Below are positions 36,444 to 47,380 of a DNA stretch of 64,000 nucleotides, one piece after another (the first letter of the stretch is position 1; the number at the start of each line of letters is the position of its first letter). The translations under genes and the position numbers were made by a program. This DNA comes from an uncultured Actinomycetes bacterium (GTDB lineage Bacteria > Actinomycetota > Acidimicrobiia > Acidimicrobiales > CADCTF01): positions 48,038-112,037 of the forward strand of contig CAVVPZ010000009.1 in NCBI GenBank assembly GCA_963750255.1, in the 5' to 3' direction. The notes beneath the pieces are model-generated. The model did not search any database and was not told where the DNA came from. It was given only the letters and a program-made list of their open reading frames with translations.

Positions 36444-37180
36444 AAGGGCAACGTACCTTCGGACCAGGCAGTCCACGCGTCGTCACACGTGGCCGCGTCC
36501 CACTGACCGTCGTGGACGACGAGGCGGTAACGGAGGGTGAGCACCTCGCCGGCGGGCACGGTCATGGCTTCGTGGAAGAGGAAGGCGGCGTTGAGATAGT
36601 TGGACCACCCGTCGGTGCCGTAGACCCGCGACCGGGTGGCCCCGTACCAGGGCACCGGATGGCGGGGGTTGTCGGGGTGGTCGAGGAAGAGGATGCCGGC
36701 GTCGTCGTTGCCGAGGTCGCACCACGTCGATGGCACGCCTTCGGGGCGGCGGTGCACGGACCCGTCGGCCAGCAAGATCCGGGTGTCCTCCCAGTCTCCT
36801 GACCCGCGCAGCGTGAGTCCGCCGTATCCGCCCCACGTGGTGTACGGGGTGCGGTCGAGCGTGACATCAACGCGGGGACGCAGCGCCGTCGTCCAGTCGA
36901 TGGCGTACGCGTCGGACCGTCCGAGGTCGCGGCGATCGATGGTGCGCTGTTCGTCGACGACCGCGTCGCCGTTGGCCGAACGCCACTCGATGCGTCCGCC
37001 CCCGAGGTCGACCTGCTCGCCGAAGGGTTCGTCGGCGGGCTCCTCCCAGAAGTTCTCCCCGTTCACGTACTTGATGGCAAACCAGAGGGCGCGATGCCAT
37101 TCGTGGTCTGGCGGCGAGACTCGGGTCAAGAGCCGGCCGCCCGGCGACATCACGGGGTGGAGATGGGGTTTGGTCGTCAT
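36440..37180 (-). CDS. DUF6807 (formerly 'PmoA-like') family protein
   Basis: KPHLHPV, PPDHEWHRALWF, VNGENFW, GGYGGL, DHPDNPRHP, LRYRLVVHDG. Confidence 0.8.
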   Translation of the reverse strand: MTTKPHLHPVMSPGGRLLTRVSPPDHEWHRALWFAIKYVNGENFWEEPADEPFGEQVDLGGGRIEWRSANGDAVVDEQRTIDRRDLGRSDAYAIDWTTALRPRVDVTLDRTPYTTWGGYGGLTLRGSGDWEDTRILLADGSVHRRPEGVPSTWCDLGNDDAGILFLDHPDNPRHPVPWYGATRSRVYGTDGWSNYLNAAFLFHEAMTVPAGEVLTLRYRLVVHDGQWDAATCDDAWTAWSEGTLPL

Positions 37181-38202
37181 CGACCCTCCAAGCGAACTTC
37201 GACTCGGGACTTCGCGGACTCGTACATCGCCTCCACCGCGGCGATGGCCCGCCGGGCATCGGCCAGCGTCACAGGAAGTTCTTGCCCCGATGCCAGCGCC
37301 CGGCCGTAGCGGGTGAACTGGCCGAGGAAGTTTTCGTCCTCGGGTTCGAACGACGCCAGTGCGCCTTCGATGGTCTCGCTGCCGCCGGAGGCGGTGAACG
37401 TCCACGGGTCGCCGCTGTTGGTATAGGGCTCGGTGCCGCTCTCGGCCGTCAGTCGCTCGAAGCAGAATCGGTGCCGCGTGATCTCGGCCAGCGAGCCGAG
37501 CGTGGCCGACATCGTGGCCAATGCGCCCCCCTCGAGCTCGAGGGACACGGCGGCGCAGTCCTCTGTCTCGACGTCGTTGACGCGGGTCGCTGTGCGGGCG
37601 GACAGCGCGACGACAGGGCCGGCGACGTAGGTGAGCATGTCGAGGGCGTGTACGGCGTGGGTGAGGAGCACGCCGCCCAGTTCGCCGGCGAAGGTTCCCC
37701 GCCAAGGAGCGGCGTAGTAATCCGCGCCCCGCCGCCACGACACCTCGATGGTCGCGGTGTGCAGCGGGCCGGTGAGCCCGGCGTCGACGAGGTGGCGGAG
37801 CTTTTGGAGGCCATGGCCGTAGCGGTACTGAAAGATCGGCATGACTCGTCGCCCGGTCTCCTCCTCGACTGCCCGCAACCGGTCGACGTCGGCTGCGGTG
37901 CCCACCACCGGCTTCTCGCAGACCACGTCGTGGCCGGCCCGTAGCGCCCGCGTGATCTGTTCGAGGTGCAGCGAAGGAGGAGTGCACAGATCGATGACGT
38001 CGATGCCGTCCTGACCGATCACGTCGTCGAGGTCGGAGGCGGCGAGTGCATCGGGAAACCGCTCGGCCGTCGCCGCCAGTCGAGCGGCGTCGTGGTCGCA
38101 CACCGCAGCCACGCGGAATTCTTCAGGCACCCGTTTCCACGCCCACAAGTGGGCCCGTCCCACGCCGAGGCCGACGACGGCGACGCCGCGGGGTTCAGGC
38201 AT
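37177..38202 (-). CDS. Gfo/Idh/MocA oxidoreductase
   Basis: [36 protein letters not shown]. Confidence 0.93.
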   Translation of the reverse strand: MPEPRGVAVVGLGVGRAHLWAWKRVPEEFRVAAVCDHDAARLAATAERFPDALAASDLDDVIGQDGIDVIDLCTPPSLHLEQITRALRAGHDVVCEKPVVGTAADVDRLRAVEEETGRRVMPIFQYRYGHGLQKLRHLVDAGLTGPLHTATIEVSWRRGADYYAAPWRGTFAGELGGVLLTHAVHALDMLTYVAGPVVALSARTATRVNDVETEDCAAVSLELEGGALATMSATLGSLAEITRHRFCFERLTAESGTEPYTNSGDPWTFTASGGSETIEGALASFEPEDENFLGQFTRYGRALASGQELPVTLADARRAIAAVEAMYESAKSRVEVRLEGR

Positions 38203-39571
38203 CGTCGACCACCGACGTGCGACTCGCCTTCTTGGCCGCGGCGAGGAGCGGTCTGTCGGGACGCGACTTGTAGAGCGGGTCCAGCGGCCAGCACCCGGAC
38301 ACCAGTCCATTGCGAGGCGCGGTGGTGCAGTCGCTGAACGTGCGGCAGATCCGTCGTCGGTCGAACGGTCGCCCGTTGCGAAGGTCGTCGGGGAGGTCGT
38401 GGTAGCTCAACATCATTCGGCCCAAGCCGATCCAGTCGGCGCCACCCGATTCGAGTACGCCGGCGGCAACATGAGGCAACCATTCCTGAAGGTATGAGTA
38501 GCCGGTGCCCACGACGGTGAGGTCGGGCCGGTGCGCCTTGAGCGCGGCGGTCGCTGCGAGCAGTCGAGCCACCCCGACCAGCGGGTCTTCGGGCGGAAGG
38601 TATCCGTCGGAAGGCGGGAAGAACGCCGGTCGCTGGATGTGGGGCACGTAATAGGGGCTGCCAGCCGTGATGCAAACCAGCCCGACGCCGAGATCGCCGA
38701 TGAGGTCGAGCAGGGCGGCGGGCTCGGTCAGGTCGATGTCGAGTCCGGTGCCGTCGCCGCCGAACGCGAAGCGGTAGCTGCCCCCGGTGTCGTCGGGTTC
38801 GCCGACGCCCGATTCGGCGGCCGGATGGTGGGGCACGAAGTCGAACGCGCTGAGCCGCACGCCGACGCCGAGACCGGGCGCCGCGGTGTGCACGGCTTCG
38901 ATGCACCGGGCAAGGAACGCGGCCCGCTCCGCGAGCGACGGCCCGCCGTAGCGACCCTCTCGGTCGACGGCGCTCAACAACTCATGACCGAGGTATCCGT
39001 GACACGCCTTGACGTCGACGAAGTCGAAGCCGGCGTCGGCCGCCACCCGGGCCGCCTCCCCGAAGGCGTCGACCAACTCGTCGAGGTCGTCGTCGCTGAG
39101 CACTCGCACCGGCCCGGACGCCCGCCGGTCGAGCAGCGGGTGGTGGTAGGCGGCCAGCGGTCCGGCAGCGGAGTAGCGACCGGAGTGCGTCAACTGCAGG
39201 CCGATCTGCAACGCAGACGTCGAGTCCGCCCCGTACCGCTGGCGGTGGGCGTCGACGAGCGCGTGGCGGAGTCGACCGACGTGTCCCCCGATGAGGAGTT
39301 GGTGGGGGTTGGCCCGGCCGTCGGCCCGCACTGCCACCGCTTCGCCGCCCCACACCAACCCGGCTCCGCTCTCGCCGAAACGCGCCCAGCGCCGTTCGAC
39401 CAGATCGGTGGGACGGCCGTCGTCGGTCGCGTCCCACCCCTCCATCGGGAGCACGGCGTAGCGCTCGGCGTGCGCCGGGTCGGGCGGATCGACGAAGGGA
39501 AGGGTGACGCCCAGCGAGGCGCAGTGAGCGACGAACTCTTCGGCCGTGCGCAGCTTCCTGACCTGGATCAC
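38195..39571 (-). CDS. NADH:flavin oxidoreductase (OYE-like)
   Basis: [48 protein letters not shown]-terminal CRTFSDC...C. Confidence 0.92.
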   Translation of the reverse strand: MIQVRKLRTAEEFVAHCASLGVTLPFVDPPDPAHAERYAVLPMEGWDATDDGRPTDLVERRWARFGESGAGLVWGGEAVAVRADGRANPHQLLIGGHVGRLRHALVDAHRQRYGADSTSALQIGLQLTHSGRYSAAGPLAAYHHPLLDRRASGPVRVLSDDDLDELVDAFGEAARVAADAGFDFVDVKACHGYLGHELLSAVDREGRYGGPSLAERAAFLARCIEAVHTAAPGLGVGVRLSAFDFVPHHPAAESGVGEPDDTGGSYRFAFGGDGTGLDIDLTEPAALLDLIGDLGVGLVCITAGSPYYVPHIQRPAFFPPSDGYLPPEDPLVGVARLLAATAALKAHRPDLTVVGTGYSYLQEWLPHVAAGVLESGGADWIGLGRMMLSYHDLPDDLRNGRPFDRRRICRTFSDCTTAPRNGLVSGCWPLDPLYKSRPDRPLLAAAKKASRTSVVDDA

Positions 39572-40518
39572 GCGCCGGCCAACAATCCGAGGTCGCGAGC
39601 GACCTCCTCCAGCAGGGCGATGTCGCTGTCGGGCCGGCGAGGCGCGCCGGGCGGGGTGTCGTCGCCGCCGAGCCATCCCCGAAGCGTGAGGAATTGGGCA
39701 GCGCTGTGCTTGTACGCCGGCACCGGGGGGCGAAAGGCCAGCCGCCCGAGGTACTGCAGGGTGTCGTTGAGTTCGAAGAACCCGGCGTCGCCCGAAGCCC
39801 ACATCGCATCGCGCCGGGCGAACGCATCGGGCGCGAACGACGAAAGGCCGAGCAGGTAGTCGCTGCCGTACATCACCATGTCGATGGCGAGATCGTTGCC
39901 CGTGTAGAGCCGAAAGTCGGGGCGGATCTCGTCGCGCACAGCCAGGCGATCCCACTCGGCCTGGCGTTCGAGTGACGAGTGCTTGGCACCCACGCACGCC
40001 GTGATTCCGAGCAGCCCGGTGAAGGTGTCGAGGTCGTAGACCCGTCCCGCGGGTGTGAACGCGGGGCTGAGTTCGAACGCGAGGAACGCGTCGACCCCGG
40101 CGGCGAGCGTCTCGTGGGCGGCCACGATGTCGTCGCAGCCGCCGAGACCGTAGGACGGGAACACGATGGGCGTGCCGCCACGGGCGGTGATGGCGGCGAT
40201 CTCCATCCGGTACGCGTCGGCATCAAAGGTTGCCCCGCGCTCGTCGCTCACCCATGCCCCGGCCACGAAACGCCCGCCGCTGATGATCGACGTCGCTCGG
40301 TCGAGGACCGCTCGCCGCTGGTCGGCGTCGAGTGCCTGCACGTAACCCGTGTCCATGTTGAGGGCCGGGGTGAGCCCGGCGGTCAGGGTCCGCTCGAGGT
40401 GACCCTCGAATCCGACCCAGTCGATCGATCGCCCACCATCGACCCACGGCAACAACACCACGCTGATGCCATCGATCTCGCGGCAGGGCCGAATGCGCGT
40501 CGTTAGGTCGTCGGTCAC
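39568..40518 (-). CDS. DHDPS/class I aldolase-like family protein
   Basis: [15 protein letters not shown], Schiff-base [26 protein letters not shown]. Confidence 0.8.
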   Translation of the reverse strand: MTDDLTTRIRPCREIDGISVVLLPWVDGGRSIDWVGFEGHLERTLTAGLTPALNMDTGYVQALDADQRRAVLDRATSIISGGRFVAGAWVSDERGATFDADAYRMEIAAITARGGTPIVFPSYGLGGCDDIVAAHETLAAGVDAFLAFELSPAFTPAGRVYDLDTFTGLLGITACVGAKHSSLERQAEWDRLAVRDEIRPDFRLYTGNDLAIDMVMYGSDYLLGLSSFAPDAFARRDAMWASGDAGFFELNDTLQYLGRLAFRPPVPAYKHSAAQFLTLRGWLGGDDTPPGAPRRPDSDIALLEEVARDLGLLAGA

Positions 40519-40970
40519 CGAGCGGGCGCTCGGGCGTCTTCGATGGCAGCCGCGGTCGCCTCGAGATCGTCGATCTCGACGATGACCCGGCGCAGCCACC
40601 GGCCAGGAGCGAGGTCGAGGACGAGCGCCGAGCGGGCCCGGTAGACGGCAAAGAAGTCCCAACTCCGTCCCCGACCCCTGTAGTAGTAGCCAGCCGTCAT
40701 CACCTTGGGCAGGTGCGCACCGACACGGAAGCCCCCGAGCAGGTTCTTGGCGAAATGGTCGGCGTGGACGCTGGTGATGGTGGCCACATCTATGGAGAGT
40801 TGGCGACGAAGGGCGAAGAGGGGCATCGGACCCCGCATGGTCACCACGACGCGATCGCCTACGAGCGACACCCGCGCCGGCGCCTGACCTGAGAACGACA
40901 AGGCCACCATCGCGGCCACGAGGACGAGTGCCGGCAGAGGGATGAGGCTCAGCGCCCAGGCCGCGTTCAC
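40515..40970 (-). CDS. Membrane-anchored hypothetical protein (PH-like)
   Basis: N-terminal TM; GFRVGAHLPKVMTAGYY...FFAVYR; TAGCAT 7 nt before GTG. Confidence 0.75.
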   Translation of the reverse strand: MNAAWALSLIPLPALVLVAAMVALSFSGQAPARVSLVGDRVVVTMRGPMPLFALRRQLSIDVATITSVHADHFAKNLLGGFRVGAHLPKVMTAGYYYRGRGRSWDFFAVYRARSALVLDLAPGRWLRRVIVEIDDLEATAAAIEDARAPAR

Positions 40971-41035
40971 GTTTCGGATGCTACGACCCAGGTCGGGCCG
41001 GTGATGTCGGGCCGGCGATGTCCGGCCGGTGATGT

Positions 41036-41503
41036 CTAGGCGGTGAGCGTGAGTCCGGCGGCACCGGCCAACTCGAGCCGTAGCAGCGTGCCGTCGCTGG
41101 CGAGGGCGATACGCACCTTGCCGCCGTCCTCCCGCAAGTCGACCGCCACCGGCAGGTCGTCCTCTGCCCATTCGCCGAGCAGATCCTCGGCGCGGTCGGC
41201 GAACCAGTCGGTGTCCGGAAGGCGGAATTGGAGCGTGAAGGGCAGCCCGGCAGGGGCGCCGATGGCGCCCACTGCCTCTTCGATTTCGATCAGGACGCAA
41301 TCGACGGTGATGGCTTCCTCAGTGCGCCGACAAAAGAGGATGCGCGAGCGCAACCGAACGACGTGTCGGACCCGGGGCGTTTCCGGCACCGCGCCGGCGA
41401 GCGTGCCTGATGAGATCGGAGGGATGGCAATGGCCAGTCCGATGAGCAACAAGGTGGTGGCCACCGAGAACCCGGCCACCCACAGAGTCAACGAGACGCC
41501 CAC
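41036..41503 (-). CDS. Hypothetical protein, possible N-terminal TM
   Basis: C-terminal 90 aa look globular and coding-like; start uncertain. Confidence 0.55.
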   Translation of the reverse strand: MGVSLTLWVAGFSVATTLLLIGLAIAIPPISSGTLAGAVPETPRVRHVVRLRSRILFCRRTEEAITVDCVLIEIEEAVGAIGAPAGLPFTLQFRLPDTDWFADRAEDLLGEWAEDDLPVAVDLREDGGKVRIALASDGTLLRLELAGAAGLTLTA

Positions 41504-41585
41504 AGAGTCTGTCCGTACCCGCTTGCTCCCTTGCGTGAACCCGCCTGTCGGACCGATTCGCCCATTTGCCGCAATGGCTGCCTCC

Positions 41586-41632
41586 GCTTTCCGGCGCAAA
41601 CGGTCGTCCGGGCGACGTTTCGCGCCGGAAAG
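41586..41632. repeat. Family B palindrome, copy 3
   Basis: gctttccggcgcaaacggtcgtccgggcgacgtttcgcgccggaaagc. Confidence 0.88.
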
Positions 41633-41673
41633 CCGCCGAGCAGGGGGGCGGGTCCACCACTCGGTGGCGGGGG

Positions 41674-41693
41674 GAACGTATGTTCGATAGTTT
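41674..41693 (+). promoter_or_regulatory. LexA box and -10 element of dnaE2
   Basis: GAAC-GTAT-GTTC at 41674-41685; TAGTTT at 41688-41693, 6 nt before GTG 41700. Confidence 0.88.
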
Positions 41694-41699
41694 GCCGAC

Positions 41700-44600
41700 G
41701 TGGGCTTCAACAATCCCGACGTCCGCTGGCAGGAGCTCCACGACAAGCTCGCCGACCGACCTGCTCGGCCGGCCGACGGGCGGGTCGACGACACCCCGTC
41801 CCACGCCAACGGCGGCGACAGCCCGGCGTGGTCCCGCAAGCGCTCGGCCTACGTGCCGCCGTCGGTGGCGTCTCCAGGAGCTTCGACCGGTCCGGCCTAC
41901 GCCGAGTTGCACTGCCACTCCAACTTCAGCTTCCTCGACGGCGCCTCCCACCCGGAGGAGTTGGTCGAGGAGGCGGCCCGGCTCGGATTGCGGGCCCTGG
42001 CCCTCACCGACCACGACGGCATGTACGGGGTGGTCCGCTTCGCCGAGGCGGCGTCGGCGGTGGGGATGCCGACGGTGTTCGGGGCCGAGCTCAGCCTGGG
42101 CCTGACCAAACCGCAGAACGGGGTGGCCGACCCCGAGGGCCACCACGTGTTGGTGTTGGCCCGCGACCCCGAGGGCTACCGGCGGCTCTGCGGGGCGATC
42201 AGCGCGGCGCAGTTGGCGGGCAAGGAGAAGGGCAAGCCCGAGTTCTCCCTCTCCGCGTTGGCCCAGGCGTCGGGGGGCCGGTGGCTGGTGCTGACCGGGT
42301 GCCGCAAGGGCACCGTCCCGTCCGCTCTCATGGCCGAGGGTCCGGCCGCCGCCACCCGCCAGTTGGCCGACCTGGTGGTGGCCTTCGGGCGCGACAACGT
42401 GGCCGTCGAGTTGTGGGACCACGGCGACCCGCTCGACTCGGCCCGCAACGACGCGCTGGTCGACGTCGCCCTCCGTCAACAAGTCGACGTGGTGGCGACC
42501 AACAACGTCCACTACTCGGTGCCGTCGCGGCGGGCGCTGGCCACGGCCTTGGCCGCGGTGCGGGCCCGGCGTTCGCTCGACGAGATCGACGGGTGGCTCC
42601 CGCCGTCCGGCGCGGCCCACCTGCGTTCGGGAGCCGAACAGACCCGCCGCTTCGCCCGCTACCCCGGTGTGGTCGAGCGGGCGGCGGCGCTCGGTCTGGA
42701 GTGCGCCTTCGACCTCAAACTCGTCGCCCCCCAGTTGCCCGACTACCCGGTGCCGCCGGGCCACACCGAGATGACGTGGTTGCGCCATCTGACCGAGGAG
42801 GGCGCCACCCGCCGCTACGGGCCCCGGGGCAGCGAGCGGGTGCCGGGCGCCTACGCCCAGATCGACCACGAACTGGCCCTCATCGAACAACTCAACTTCC
42901 CCGGTTACTTCCTCATCGTGTGGGACATCGTCGAGTTCTGCCGGCGCTCCGACATCTTGTGCCAGGGCCGGGGTTCGGCGGCCAACTCGGCCGTCTGTTA
43001 CGCCCTCGGGGTCACGGCGGCCGACGCCGTGTCGCTCGGCCTGCTCTTCGAACGCTTCCTGTCCCCCGAACGAGATGGTCCGCCCGACATCGACGTCGAC
43101 ATCGAGAGCGACCGCCGCGAGGAGGCCATCCAGTACGTCTACGAACGCTACGGGCGGCAGAACGCGGCCCAGGTGGCCAACGTCATCACGTACCGGCCCA
43201 AGTCGGCGGTGCGCGACATGGGCAAGGCCCTCGGCCACTCGATGGGGCAACTCGACGCGTGGTCCAAACAGATCGACGGGTGGGGTCCGCTGTCGGCCAC
43301 CGCGGCCCAACCCGACCACGAGATCCCGGCCCCGGTGCTGGCGTTGGCCGAGGCGGTGCAGAACTTCCCCCGTCACCTGGGAATCCACTCGGGCGGCATG
43401 GTCATCTGCGACCGTCCGGTGTCCGAGGTCGTGCCCGTCGAATGGGGACGGATGGAGGGGCGCACCGTTCTGCAGTGGGACAAGGACGACTGCGCCGCGG
43501 CCGGTCTGGTGAAGTTCGACCTGCTCGGCCTGGGCATGCTCGAGCGCGCTGCATTACGCCGTCGATTTGATCGCCGAGGCCCACGGCGCCGACGTCGACT
43601 TGGCCACCATCCCCCAGGAGGACGCCGTCTACGACATGTTGTGCAAGGCCGACTCGGTGGGCGTGTTCCAGGTCGAGTCCCGGGCCCAGATGGCCACCCT
43701 GCCCCGGCTGCGGCCCCGCACGTTCTACGACCTCGTCGTGGAGGTCGCGCTCATCCGACCCGGGCCCATCCAGGGTGGTTCGGTCCACCCCTACATCCGG
43801 CGCCGCAACGGCAAAGAGGCCGTCACCTACCTCCATCCGCTCCTCGAACGTTCGCTGAAGAAGACCCTCGGCATTCCCCTGTTCCAGGAGCAGTTGATGC
43901 AGATGGCCATCGACGTGGCCGGGTTCAGCGCCGGGGAGGCCGACCAGTTGCGCCAGGCCATGGGTTCGAAGCGCTCGAAGGACCGGATGGAGCGGCTCCG
44001 GGCCCGGTTCTACGACGGCATGGCCGAGCGGGGCATCACCGGCGACATCGCCGATCAGATCTTCGACAAGTTGGCCGCATTCGCCAACTTCGGGTTCCCC
44101 GAGTCGCACTCGGTGTCGTTCGCCTACCTCGTGTACTCCTCGGCGTGGATCAAGTTGCACTACCCGGCTGCGTTCTGCGCCGCGTTGTTGAACGCCCAGC
44201 CGATGGGCTTCTACTCACCCCAGTCGCTGGTGGCCGACGCCCGCCGCCATGGCGTCACCGTCCACGGTCCCGACGTCAACCACTCGGCCGCCGACGCCAC
44301 CCTCGAGAGATCGTCGGCGGCGGGGGAGTTCGCCGTCCGGATGGGGATCTCGTCGGTGCGGACGCTGGGCGCCGACGTGGCCGAACGGGTGGCGTCGGCC
44401 CGTCCGTACGCGTCGATGGAAGAGGTGGTGCGGGCCGCGGCACTGACCCAGCCCCAGGTCGAGGCGTTGGCCACGGCGGGCGCGTTCGGCTCGCTCGGTC
44501 TCGAACGGCGGGAGGCATTGTGGGGGGCCGGCGCGGTGGCCCAATCGCGGGTCGACCGGTTGCCTGGCGTGGTGGTCGGAGCGACGTCGCCCCCGTTGCC

Positions 44601-45021
44601 GGCCATGCAGTCGATGGAACAGACCGTCGCCGACCTGTGGTCCACGGGGGTGTCGCCCGACACCTATCCCACCGAATACGTGCGCGCCGACCTCGACGCA
44701 CTCGGCGCCGTCTCCGCCTCGGGCCTGGCCGCCATTGCCCACGGCGAACGGGTGCTGGTGGGCGGGGTCGTCACCCACCGGCAGCGTCCGGCTACGGCGT
44801 CGGGCATGACCTTCATGAACCTCGAGGACGAGACCGGACTCATCAACATCGTCTGTTCGAAGGGGGCCTGGGCCCACTACCGGCGGGCGGCCCGATCGTC
44901 GCCGGCCCTGCTCGTGCGGGGCACGCTCGAGAAGGTCGACGGCGTCGTCAACGTCGTCGCCGACAAGATCACCGAGCTCACCATCACCTCGACCGGCCTC
45001 CGCTCCCGCGACTTCCGCTGA
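41700..45021 (+). CDS. dnaE2: Error-prone DNA polymerase DnaE2 (apparent +1 indel near 43542)
   Basis: YAELHCHSNFSFLDGAS, GRGSAANS, PPDIDVD, PRHLGIHSGG, GVFQVESRAQ, FGFPESH, QPMGFY, C-terminal SRDFR. Confidence 0.97.
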
Positions 45022-45030
45022 CCCCCCTCT

Positions 45031-45080
45031 CGTTTTGGGCAGCGTCAGAGCGCGATCGCGCTCTGGCGCTGCCCAAAACG
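45031..45080. repeat. Family A palindrome, copy 2
   Basis: cgttttgggcagcgtcagagcgcga|tcgcgctctggcgctgcccaaaacg. Confidence 0.95.
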
Positions 45081-45114
45081 GAGGAGGGGAGGGGGGATCG
45101 CCTACCGTCCAGGG

Positions 45115-46560
45115 ATGGCCAAGTGGGGATACGCCAAAAAGCCGCTGTACGTCCTGAGTGCGGTCGCACTGATCGACCAGATCGACGTGAGCATCCTGCG
45201 GGGGGTGTTGCCGCAGCTGGAGGAGGAGTTCGGGCTCAGCGACTTCCAACTCGGCTTGCTCGGGTTCGCCTTCGTGTTCGTCAACGCGCTGGCGACCATC
45301 CCGGCCGGGTGGATCGCCGACCGCTACTCCCGCACCAAGATCATCGGCTGGACGTTGCTGTCGTGGAGCGGGCTGTCGGCGCTGTCGGCCATCGCCATCA
45401 ACTTCCCGACGTTGTTCGCAGCGCGGGCCGCGCTCGGCATCGGCCAGGCCGTCGACGACCCGTCGTCCACGTCGCTGCTGACCGACTACTACCCGCCCGA
45501 CATCCGGGGCCGGGTCTTCTCGTTCCAGCAGATCTCGGTCTTCCTCGGTGGCGGGCTCGGGCTGGTGCTCGGCGCCGTCGTCGGCAACGCCCTCGGTTGG
45601 CGATGGGCGTTCGCCATCGTCGGCATGCCTGGTTCGCTGATCGCCTACTTCTGTTTCAAGCTCAACGAACCCCGTCGCGGTGAAGGCGACGAGGCCGGCA
45701 TCGCCCGCGCCGCGTCTGCAGCCAACGAGGCCGCTCGCTTGGCCGATCCCGAGGGCCCGGCCGCGGCGTCGGCCGCCTCCGTGGCCCCGATCGAGCCCGA
45801 CCAGGGACTGGCGCCGTCGGCGGTCACGGCCGAGCCCGGACCGGCGGCCGGTATGAGCATCAAGGAGTTCTGGAACGAGGCCCGCACCAGCCTCATCGCC
45901 GAGATGAAGATGATCTTCGGGATCCGGACGATGCGCTACATCCTCATCGGCGTCGGCATTCTGCTCTTCACCGTTTCGGGCGTCGGTTACTGGCTCACCG
46001 TGTACCACGACCGCTACTCGAACATGACCTACACCCAGGCCGCCGGCGTCACCGCCATCACCCTGGCCGTCGCTGGCATCATCGGCACGCTGTATGGAGG
46101 ACGGGCCGCTGACCGGGTCTACGGCGCCGGTCCGGCCGGGCGCATCCGGCTCGTGTCCAACGCCATCTTCGCCTGCGCCGTGTTGTTCCTGGCCTCGTTC
46201 CTCGTCACCATCGTGCCGGTGCGGATCGGGCTGCAGTTCCTCGGCGTGCTGGCCATCTCCATGGCCTTCCCGGCGCTGCGAGCGTCGATGATGGACGTCG
46301 TCCCGGCCGAATCCCGCGGCGTGAGCGCCTCGGCGTTCGCCCTCACGTCGACGGTGTTCGGCACCGCTCTCGCCCCGCCGCTGCTCGGCCTCATCTCCGA
46401 CACGATCGATTCGTTGGTCGGCGCGTTCTACATCGTGACGCCGCCGATCATCGTCGGTGCCCTCATCCTCCGCCGGGCCCAACACACGATCGTCGAGGAC
46501 GCTCAAGCGATCATCACCAGCATGATCGAACGCCAACAAGCCACGTCCCAACAGCCCTGA
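45115..46560 (+). CDS. MFS transporter (spinster-like)
   Basis: GWIADRYSRTK, ARAALGIGQA, DYYPPDIRGR, LGWRWAF; 12-TM pattern. Confidence 0.93.
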   Translation: MAKWGYAKKPLYVLSAVALIDQIDVSILRGVLPQLEEEFGLSDFQLGLLGFAFVFVNALATIPAGWIADRYSRTKIIGWTLLSWSGLSALSAIAINFPTLFAARAALGIGQAVDDPSSTSLLTDYYPPDIRGRVFSFQQISVFLGGGLGLVLGAVVGNALGWRWAFAIVGMPGSLIAYFCFKLNEPRRGEGDEAGIARAASAANEAARLADPEGPAAASAASVAPIEPDQGLAPSAVTAEPGPAAGMSIKEFWNEARTSLIAEMKMIFGIRTMRYILIGVGILLFTVSGVGYWLTVYHDRYSNMTYTQAAGVTAITLAVAGIIGTLYGGRAADRVYGAGPAGRIRLVSNAIFACAVLFLASFLVTIVPVRIGLQFLGVLAISMAFPALRASMMDVVPAESRGVSASAFALTSTVFGTALAPPLLGLISDTIDSLVGAFYIVTPPIIVGALILRRAQHTIVEDAQAIITSMIERQQATSQQP

Positions 46561-46567
46561 CGCTGCC

Positions 46568-46795
46568 GTGGTCGATGACGAGTCGGCCCGGCGTCAGCAC
46601 TTCTCCGAAGTCGACCCCGCGCCGACGTCCGGGCGCCGACTCTTCAGCCGCCGGTCAGAACGCCGCTGGCGGCCGCTGCTCGAGATGGTGGGGCGCGTCG
46701 ACGACTTCGAGGTGTGGGACGACGACAGAGACGACGATGACGCGTTCCGGTACCACGTGGCGTTCCTCACGCATCTGAGCGAGGCTCACGAGTGA
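46568..46795 (+). CDS. Hypothetical protein (75 aa)
   Basis: Fills the gap and overlaps the next gene by GTGA; no recognisable motif. Confidence 0.4.
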   Translation: MVDDESARRQHFSEVDPAPTSGRRLFSRRSERRWRPLLEMVGRVDDFEVWDDDRDDDDAFRYHVAFLTHLSEAHE

Positions 46796-47337
46796 ACTCC
46801 GGCTGCGTTCGGCTGGCGGACAAGCGAGCAAGCAGTGAGACCGACAGTGCGTTGGTGACCCGTCCGGGACCGGTCGTCTATCTCCTCGTGGGCCTACCGG
46901 GTAGCGGCAAGACGACCATCGCACGTCGCCTCGAGTCTGAGGGTGCCACGCGACTTTCGGTCGACGAAGAGATGCTCGCTCGGCATGGGCGAATCGGTGA
47001 GGACCATCCGCTAGGCACCCATCTCGCGCTCCTTCCGGCTGCCGTCGAGGCTGTGCGAGCACGAGTCGCTGAGGAAGTCCATGCGGGTCGGAGCGTCGTC
47101 GTCGACCATGGCTTGGGTCGCCGCGTCGAGCGGGACGAATGGAAACGATTCGTCGAGTCTCTCGGCGCCTCGTGGCGCCTCCTGTCCGTCGACGCGCCGC
47201 ACGAAGAGCTGGTTAGCAGGCTCGAACGTAGACGTGCCGAGGGGGAGGCCATCCCCGACATCAGCGAGATGCTTGCCTTCATGAACCGGACATCCGAACC
47301 GCCGAACGCCGAAGGCGAGGAGAACGTCTCGTCCTGA
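46792..47337 (+). CDS. P-loop kinase (AAA_33-like)
   Basis: LLVGLPGSGKTT, LSVDE, SVVVD, RLERR. Confidence 0.88.
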   Translation: MNSGCVRLADKRASSETDSALVTRPGPVVYLLVGLPGSGKTTIARRLESEGATRLSVDEEMLARHGRIGEDHPLGTHLALLPAAVEAVRARVAEEVHAGRSVVVDHGLGRRVERDEWKRFVESLGASWRLLSVDAPHEELVSRLERRRAEGEAIPDISEMLAFMNRTSEPPNAEGEENVSS

Positions 47338-47380
47338 GCGACGCACGCCGGTGCAGCCGTGGGCCGTTGTGGTCCGTGCG

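Noticed and set aside
36440..37180. Particulate methane monooxygenase subunit A
   Set aside because: Soluble DUF6807-type protein with no TM helices and no pmoCAB operon; the family's former name is misleading.
41700..45683. Programmed frameshift or split dnaE2 (1327-aa ORF)
   Set aside because: A single extra base near 43542 with no slippery sequence; similar isolated indels occur in the MFS, tadB and GNAT genes.
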